Origin: Rickettsiales bacterium
GTDB lineage: Bacteria > Pseudomonadota > Alphaproteobacteria > Rickettsiales > UBA1997
Direction: 5' to 3'
Assembly (NCBI GenBank): GCA_038142525.1
Contig: JAYQKE010000006.1
Span: forward strand, 42,273 to 106,272
Length of the DNA stretch: 64,000 bases
The first letter of the stretch is position 1; every line of letters starts with the position of its first letter. A program made the translations under genes and the position numbers. The notes under the pieces were generated by a model. That model saw only the letters and a program-made list of their open reading frames with translations, was not told the DNA's origin and searched no databases. Below, in pieces: positions 56,068 through 64,000 of the stretch.

Positions 56068-56478
56068 ATGAAAATAATCAGCTATTTATTAATATCTATT
56101 TCATTATTTTTAACGACATCTTGTTATAATAACATTTTTAATAAAGAAGGTGTTAAGAAACAGAAATTTTTATCAAATCATAGTGATATACCATTATTTA
56201 AAGATTTTGAAATTGTTGAAAATTAAACTTTAGATTTTGATTCACCCTCTGGTAATATATCAAATATTACTTATAGATCATCATCAAAAATAGAAGATAT
56301 TGTAAAATATTATCAAGAGAATTTGCCTAATTTGGGTTGGAAAGAAATTGATAAATCAACAAATTATACTTCTTTTTCAAGAGGTGGTGAGATATTAAAA
56401 ATTTCTTATGATGAATTAGATGGATATTTGGATGGATATATTATGGTTAAATTTTTTATTGTAAGGGATAATGTCTAG
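56068..56478 (+). CDS. Hypothetical lipoprotein (not in ORF track; in-frame TAA at 56224-56226)
   Basis: MKIISYLLISISLFLTTSC lipobox; DIPLF...*TLDFDSPSGNI...YYQENLPNLGW...FSRGGEILKI resembles a conserved alphaproteobacterial family; overlaps the fadJ start. Confidence 0.65.
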
Positions 56479-58625
56479 GGATATACAGTTAAAAATTAAA
56501 AATGATATCGCTTATTTAGTTTTTAATTTAGCTAATGAAAAAGTTAATAAATTAAGTGAGAGAATATTAGTAAAATTTGATAATATATTAGAAAGGGTTG
56601 AAAAAAAATCCAATTTGAAGGCTCTGGTAATTTCTAGCACTAAAAAAGATATTTTTATTGCAGGTGCCGATATTAATGAAATTAAAGATATTAATAGTAA
56701 AAAACTTGCCCTTAAAAAAGTCACTGAAGCTCAAAATATTTTATTTAGATTGGAAAATCTTCAAATACCAACAATTTCTTTGATTAATGGTGCTTGTCTT
56801 GGTGGTGGGTTAGAGCTGGCCTTATCTTGTAAATATAGAATTGCCGTTAAAAATCCTAAAACAAAATTGGGATTACCAGAAGTAAATTTAGGTATATTTC
56901 CTGGCTTTGGCGGTACTCAGAGATTGCCAAGATTAGTTGGTTTAGAGCAGTCATTAAAAATGATACTTGCTGGTAAGCCAATCGATGCCATCAAATCTTA
57001 TAAAATTGGTTTGGTTGATACAATTATTAATGAGGAATTTCTTGATGATGAAGTTGAACAATTTTTGCAAGAAATATCTAATAATTTAGATAATAAATTT
57101 TTAAGGAGAAGAGATAAATTTTCAAAAAAAAGATTTGTAATTGAAACTTTATTTTTAAAAAAGCATTTAGTTTTTTATTTTGCTCGCAAAAATTTAATCA
57201 AAAAAACAAAGAATTTTTATCCAGCACCTTTAGTCGCTTTGAAGGTTATTAAAGATACTTATAATAAGCGTAACAAAATAGATGGTTGTAAGATAGAAGC
57301 TAAAGAATTTTCAAAATTGGTAATAGGAAAAATTTCAAAAAATTTAATTCATATATTTTTTGCTAGCGAGGAAGTTAAAAAGAAATATCAGATGAAGGGC
57401 TGCAAAAATTTCTAAAGCTGGCTTATTAGGTGCTGGAATTATGGGTGGTGGCATTGCCTTTATCTTAAGTAAAATTGATATCAGAGTTAGGATGAAGGAT
57501 ATCAATAATGCCGCAATTGCTCTTGGTTATAAACAATGTTTTAAAATTTATAATCAATTATTAAAAATCAGAAAATTCTCTAAAAGTGCAATATCTCAGA
57601 AGATGAATAAAATTGATCATGATTTAACTTATGACAATCTTAAAAATTCTGAAATTATAATTGAGGCTATAATTGAAAATATCGATATTAAGAAATCCAC
57701 CTTTACTGAATTAGAAAAACATGTAAATAAAAATGCTATTATAGCTAGCAATACATCTTCTCTTTCAATTGATGAAATGTCAAAATCCTTAAAATATCCA
57801 GAAAGATTTGCTGGTATGCATTTTTTTAATCCAGTTAATAGAATGCCATTAGTTGAAGTAATAAGAGGTAAAAAGACGAGTCAAAAAACTATTGATAAGA
57901 TAGTCTCTCTTACTCTTGATATGGGTAAAACCCCTATAGTTGTTCAAGATGTTGCTGGATTTTTAGTTAATAGAATTTTATTACCATTTATCAATGAAGC
58001 TGGATTTTTATTAGAAGAAGATGGTGATATTAAAAAAATTGATAAAATTCTTGCTGAATTTGGAATGCCTATGGGACCATTTATTTTATCTGATATTGTG
58101 GGAATAGATGTGGGGCACAAGGTTGCCGTTAGTCTTTTTGAAGCTTATGGCAGAAGAATGAAGGTTTGCCAGATATTGTCAAAAATCTCTGGAGATAAAA
58201 AATTACTTGGCAAAAAATCTAATTTAGGATTTTATAAATATAGTAAATCTGGCAAAAATTTAGGAATTAATTCAGATATTAAAAATAAGCTAGATAAGAT
58301 TAGAATTTCTCGTAAAATTTCTGTTAATAAATTATCAAAAGAAGAAATTATTGAAAGATCAATTTTAATAATGGTTAATGAGGCTAGTAGATGTTTGGAA
58401 GAGGGGGTTGTAGAATCTGCAACTGAACTTGATATTGCTATGATTTTTGGTACTGGTTTTCCGCCATTTCGTGGTGGCTTATTAAAATATGCTGATGTCA
58501 TTGGTCCAAAAAGAATAGTTGAAAAACTAAGAAAATATCAAAAATCTTCCGGTGTAAGATTTACGCCAAGTAAATTATTATTACAAATGGCAAAAAATAA
58601 TAAAAAATTCTATGACAAAGGATAA
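56471..58625 (+). CDS. fadJ: Fatty-acid oxidation complex alpha subunit (enoyl-CoA hydratase / 3-hydroxyacyl-CoA dehydrogenase), frameshift near 57395
   Basis: FIAGADINE, CLGGGLELAL, GLPEVNLG..PGFGGTQRLPR, GAGIMGGGIA, ASNTSSL, GMHFFNPV, GTGFPPFRGG. Confidence 0.9.
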
Positions 58626-59139
58626 GATTGACGAGATGATTAGGGTTAATCACGCTGGTGAATATGGTGCAAAAAGAATTTATTCTGGTCAAATAGCTGC
58701 TTTAAAAAATTCTAATAAAGAAGTTGTGGATGTTTTAAAACATATGAAGGAGCAAGAAGATGAGCATTTTGAATATTTTAATAAAAAAATTAATAAGGAT
58801 AGGGTTAGACCAACATTGATGCAACCTGTTTGGAATATTGCCGGTTTTGCCATGGGATATGTTACTGCGAAAATGGGAAAGAAAGCTGCAATGACTTGTA
58901 CTGTAGCGGTTGAGGAGATTATAGATTGTCATTATGAAGAGCAACTACGAGAATTAAAAAAAGAGCCAGAGGAAAATAAAGAATTGATAGATAAAATTAA
59001 AAAATTTCAAGAAGAAGAATTGGAGCATAGAGATATTGCTCTTGAAAATAAAGCCGAAGATTTAAAAATATATCAACCATTAAAATTTATTATAGGATCT
59101 GCTAGTAAGTTAGCTATTCAAATATCAAAGAAAATTTAA
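58612..59139 (+). CDS. coq7: Demethoxyubiquinone hydroxylase Coq7
   Basis: MIRVNHAGEYGAKRIYSGQ, QEDEH, AVEEIIDCHY, EEELEHRD di-iron motifs. Confidence 0.93.
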   Translation: MTKDKIDEMIRVNHAGEYGAKRIYSGQIAALKNSNKEVVDVLKHMKEQEDEHFEYFNKKINKDRVRPTLMQPVWNIAGFAMGYVTAKMGKKAAMTCTVAVEEIIDCHYEEQLRELKKEPEENKELIDKIKKFQEEELEHRDIALENKAEDLKIYQPLKFIIGSASKLAIQISKKI

Positions 59140-59141
59140 TA

Positions 59142-61294
59142 ATGTCAGAATTTTTATTGGAAATCTTTTGTGAAGAAATTCCAGCTAGAATGCAAAAAAG
59201 GCTATTGCTGATTTTGAAAAAATTTTTTGTGATTTTTTTACAGAAAATGATATAATATATGAAGCAGAAGAAATATCATCATTTATATCACCAAATAGAA
59301 TGGTTTTTTTAGCCAAAAATATTCCTGATATAAAGATTACCTCAGAAATTGAAAGATTTGGACCTAAAATAAATGCTAATCAAAGTGCTATTGATGGTTT
59401 TTTAAAGTCAGTAGGATTAAAAAATGTTTCTGATTTGGATATTAGGGTTAAAAATAATATGGAATATTATCATACTAAGATTCCTAAGAAAAAAATTGAA
59501 ATATTTGACCTTTTGCAAAAAAAACTTCCTGATTTGATGAAGGGAATGTCTTTAAAATGGCCAAAGACTATGAGGTGGCATGGTAAAGATTCCAATGAGG
59601 ATTATTGGATCAGGCCAATTAGAAATATTTTAGCAATTTTTGATCAGAAATTAGTTAAATTTGAATTTGCCAATTTAGCATCTAAAAATTCAATAATCAT
59701 ACTTAATAAGAGGGTTAAAATTGAGAATTTTAATTCCTATAAAGATAAATTATTAGAGAAAAATATTATTTTTGATCATAATCAAAGAAAAGAGATAATA
59801 TATAATAATATAGAAAAGATTTGTGAAGATAGGCATATAGATATAATAGAAAATCCTCATAATAGTCATTTAATGAATGAAATTATTGGACTTACTACAT
59901 CTCCTAATATTATGGTTGGGAAAATTGATGATGAGTTTCTAGATTTGCCCCCAGAAATTTTAGTTTTAACAATCAAAAGTCATCAAAAATACCTTTGTAC
60001 TGAAGATAAATATAGAAATTTAGCGCCATATTTTATTTTTGTCAGTGATATTGATTGTAAAAATAATGATAAAATTATTCTTGATAATGAAAAGGTTTTA
60101 AGGGCCAGGTTAAGTGATGCTGAATTTTTTATAAAGGAAGATGAGAAGATAGAATTTGCTGATAGAACTACATTACTTAAAAATATTATATTTCATGAAA
60201 AGCTAGATTCGCTTTTTAATAAAGTTTCTAGAATCAGCGCTATGAATAAATTTATGTCAATATGGGTTCCGCATTCTGATATGTCCATTTTGGAACAAAT
60301 ATCTTTATTATGTAAAAATGATTTAACCACCAAGGCAGTATCCGAATTTCCAGAATTACAAGGTATGATCGGTAGTTATTATTGTAAAAAAGCTAATATT
60401 GATCACAGAATATGTAATGCAATATCAGAGCAATATATGCCAGTTGGTGCTAGTGATGCTTTACCTATGACTAATCATGGGCAATTATTGGCAATATCAG
60501 ATAAGTTAGATACAATTAGTGGTTTATTTTTAATAAATCAAAAACAAAGCAGCTCGAAAGATCCTATGGGGGTTAGAAGAATGGCTATAGGTATTATTAA
60601 TATTATCCTTCATAATGACCTTCATATTCCTTTAAAGATTATTATTGATAAATCTTTATCATTATTTCCAAATTCTATTATATTAAATAATAATCCTGAG
60701 ATTAACTCAAAAAACATCTTGTCTTTTAAAAAGAAATTATCTCTTGAAATTATCAGTTTCTTTTTAGACAGGTTAAAATTTATTTTAAAAGATGATAAAT
60801 CTATTAATCCTAAAATAGTTAATGAAGTTGCCAGATCTTATGAATTTCAATTAAAAAATAACAAACAAAGGAAATATAACTTAATTGATTTTGTAAATAG
60901 AGTTAGGTTTATTAATGATTTTGTTAAAAATAGTGAGAATGAATCAATTATTAATTCTTATAAAAGAGTAGCAAATATTGTAAATATTGAGGAAAATAAA
61001 TCAGGAGAGAGTCTTAATACTCAAATGAAGGGTAGAATTTTTCTTAGAACAAGATATGAGAGAATTTTGGATAATCAGACCAGAAGAATTTATAAAAAAA
61101 TAGAAAAATTATCTAAAACCCATAAATATCAAGAATGCTATCACTTATTAAGAATTTTAGAAAAACCGTTAGAAAATTTCTTTGATCATGTTACTATTAA
61201 TGTTGATAATAAAAGCACCAGGATAAAAAGATTGACATTGCTTGCTAGAATTAAATATCTTTTTGAAAATATCTTTGATTTTTCTAAGATTTAA
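59142..61294 (+). CDS. glyS: Glycyl-tRNA synthetase beta subunit (frameshift near 59200)
   Basis: FLLEIFCEEIPARMQ, WPKTMRW, WIRPIRNI, VLRARLSDAEFF, EFPELQG, SSKDP. Confidence 0.94.
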
Positions 61295-61453
61295 TAATTT
61301 TGGTATTGTTAATTTATTATAAATTTTCCTGATAAGTAGATTTTTAATAAAAATATTTATTTTAAATTAATTAATTGTAAATTACTCGGAATTTTCTTCA
61401 AAAATTCTTATACAAAAGTCTCTTTAGAGGTAGGAAATGAGTGAGTATTGTGG

Positions 61454-62352
61454 TTAAGAATTTAGTTTTAAAATATGGTTGATATAGATTGTGCCACCAA
61501 GAGCATTTTTTTGACCAATTTTATATTCTCCACCCCTGGCAATGGGATATTTAAAATTATTAGCGAATATTGTGAAGCCAAAATTATTTTGAAAAGAAAA
61601 ATTATTATCAAATAGATCTATATCTATTTTGGTATTTTTATATTTTGATTCTAGTTTTTCTTTTAATATTAATATTTTTTTAATATTTTCTTTTCAGATT
61701 CTAGATTTTTTTTATTTATTAACTCTTCATCAAAATTATTTAGGGTAATTTTTAATAAAATATCGGCAAATTTTTCTCCATATTTTTTTATATTAATAAT
61801 ATCTTTTTCCTCTATAGATTTTATTAAATTTTTAGGTTCGGTAACATTTAATTTTGTAATTAATCTTGATAAAATGCCGGGAACTGAAAAACTAATAATA
61901 TTATCTTCAATGCCCAATTTATTTAGGATTTTTAATATTAAGTCAATTATGTAGAAATTAACATTTGGTGATTTTGGTGATATAATTTCAATACCCGCTT
62001 GGGTTAGTTGTCTTTCATAGAATAGATCTTTATTTTCAGATTTTAAGACATCGCCAATATAAGATAATTTTAATTCTGAGTTGATATCGGAGAATTTAGT
62101 TTCAACTAATCTAATAATTTGTGGAGTAATATCATTTCTGACTTTAAGGAATTTTTTGGATAAAATATCCATTGCTTTAAAGGAGTCATCATCAATTTTA
62201 TCATCAAATTCTAATAAAGGAGTTTTGATAATATTAAAATTTTCATTTTGAAATGAGTCTTTAATGACTTGAATAATTTTTTCGTTTTTTTTGGCCTCAT
62301 CACCTATTAAATCATAAAATCCAACTGGTAAGAGATAATCTTTATTTATCAT
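61454..62352 (-). CDS. hisZ: ATP phosphoribosyltransferase regulatory subunit HisZ (frameshift near 61675)
   Basis: LLPVGFYDL, VRNDITPQIIR, LSYIGDV, RQLTQAGIEII; shifted tail IARGGEY...ALGGTIY; no HisRS anticodon domain. Confidence 0.78.
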
Positions 62353-62362
62353 AATTTTTAGT

Positions 62363-64000
62363 TTAAACTCCGCCAAATTTTTCTAATTGGGTATAGTCAA
62401 TTTTTCCTGTATTGAGGATAGGGATGTTTTTTCTATATTCAATATTTCGTGGTGCAAAAATTGTGCCTATATTTTGTTCTTTAAATAATTTGGTAATTTT
62501 GTCTTTAGTTAGCTCTTTGTCATCAGTAAATAAGATAAGATTTTCCTGAGAATCTTTATTAATAAGCGAAATTACAGCGTGATTTTTTCTGGTGATATTT
62601 TTCTAATATAAGATTCAACTAAATTTAGCGAAACCATTTCACCAGCAATTTTAATAAATCTTTTGACACGGCCAGTAATTATCAAATAATCTTCTGAATC
62701 AATTTTAACTACATCTCCCATATCGTGATATTGTTTGGCTTTTTTGATTTTATCTGAATTTTTAGGATCTAAATAGCCTGCCATTACATTATCAGCTTTG
62801 ATAAGCAATTTACCTCCTTCTGAGATATTTTCTATTTTTTCTATTTTATGAGTAATTTTTGGTAATAATTTGCCTATTGTACCAAATTTATTATATCTTG
62901 CTGTATTCAAAGATATAACGGGCGAAGTTTCTGTTGCACCATAGCCTTCTAATATTCTTAGACCAAATTTTTCAAAATAGATATTTTTAGTTTCTGAAGT
63001 AATTTTTTCTGCTCCAGCAAAAATATATCTAACCGAAGAGAAGTCCAAATTATCAGCAAATTCACTATATTTTTTTAAGAAATAATTGGTACCAAACATA
63101 ATAGTTGCTTTGAAATGATAAATTAAATTTGGAATTTTATTATAATGAATAGGAGAGGGGTAAAAATAGGTTGTAACGCCAGAAAAAATAGGCAATAGTG
63201 AGCCAATAACCAAACCAAATGAATGAAAAATTGGTAAAGAGTTAAAAGCTTTATCTGACATATTAAAATCAATGATGGATTTTAATTGTGCAATATTACT
63301 ATTGATATTTTTGTGTGTTAGGGCTACTGCCTTAGGATTACCCTCCGATCCTGAGGTAAATAAAATTATGGCCGTATCTATGGCTTTGCTTTTATTAATT
63401 TTATCCAGATATTTTGTAATGCATTTAGAGCGAAAAAGAGCTTTGATTTTGTCTGTGATGAAAATTGTATTTTTAACATCTTCAAGATAAATAATTTTGA
63501 TATTTTTTTCTGTAGCTAATTGTATAAATTGTTCCAAACCAGCCTTTTTAATAAAGGTTTTTGAAGAATAGATATATTTTAATCCAGAATTTAAGCTAGA
63601 ATTAATCAATCTTTCACATCCTCCAGAGAAATTTAAAATTGCTGGAATTTTGCCAATTAATTGTAAGGCGAAAAAAGTGACCATTGAGGCTGAGATATTT
63701 GGTAGTAATAATCCAATTTTTGTTTCTGATTTCACCTCCTTTGCTATTTTTTCTCCCAATAAAATTGCTCCAATAATTAATTTATTATAGTTGATATTGG
63801 TTTGGTTAAAATCAGTTATAATAATTTTGTTTTTGGTATTATTTTTAGCTTCAATTAATTTATAAAATAGAATTTCATCCTTTGTGATAGAGTCATAATA
63901 ATTTTCTGACATTATTTGAAAAAGCTTTTGTTTGGCAGATTTTCTATTTTCTTTCCAAGTTAGTTTTTTATCTAATGTAATTTTTTGCTCTTTTGAGAGG
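62363..64000 (-). CDS. aas: Aas-like acyl-ACP synthetase/acyltransferase, AMP-binding part (runs off window end; frameshift near 62575)
   Basis: LFTSGSEGNPKAV, LPIFHSFGL, LEGYGATETSP, GRVKRFIKIAGEMVSL; shifted tail IPILNTGKIDY. Confidence 0.88.

Overview
Very AT-rich chromosomal segment of an alphaproteobacterium, most like a deep-branching Rickettsiales relative. It has an isolated virB8-virB9 pair, alphaproteobacterial ftsL, coq7 and MidA, and also his/arg/pyr biosynthesis, enolase, beta-oxidation and sulfate ABC uptake. Most of the window is housekeeping (truB-rpsO-pnp, eno, cysTWA, dapF, pyrC, hisC/A/Z, pheT, sucCD, recA, ugd, sodB, argG, fumC, kdsA, mgtE-lptAB, mraZ-rsmH-ftsL, fadJ, coq7, glyS, aas). 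Many conserved genes are split by single-base indels or isolated in-frame stops, most likely long-read consensus errors. Two accessory regions stand out. (1) ~3.2-8.1 kb: RhuM/Fic gene, an IS5-type MITE, an XRE regulator and a sensor-less histidine kinase interrupted by an IS630 that is itself interrupted by an IS5. (2) ~50.8-55.9 kb: an islet downstream of tRNA-Gln(UUG) punctuated by two 117-bp structured repeats. Each repeat keeps the tRNA T-stem and 3' acceptor/CCA end but replaces the T-loop with three hairpins, and each is followed by small toxin/Fic-type cargo. This is the best candidate for an undescribed cassette system. Also notable: a minimal bufferin-type RiPP pair (DUF2282 + DUF692), a divergent GshB-like ATP-grasp enzyme coupled to an AEC transporter, and a 171/76/50-bp MITE deletion series. 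All family assignments come from motif recognition by eye; no database search was run.
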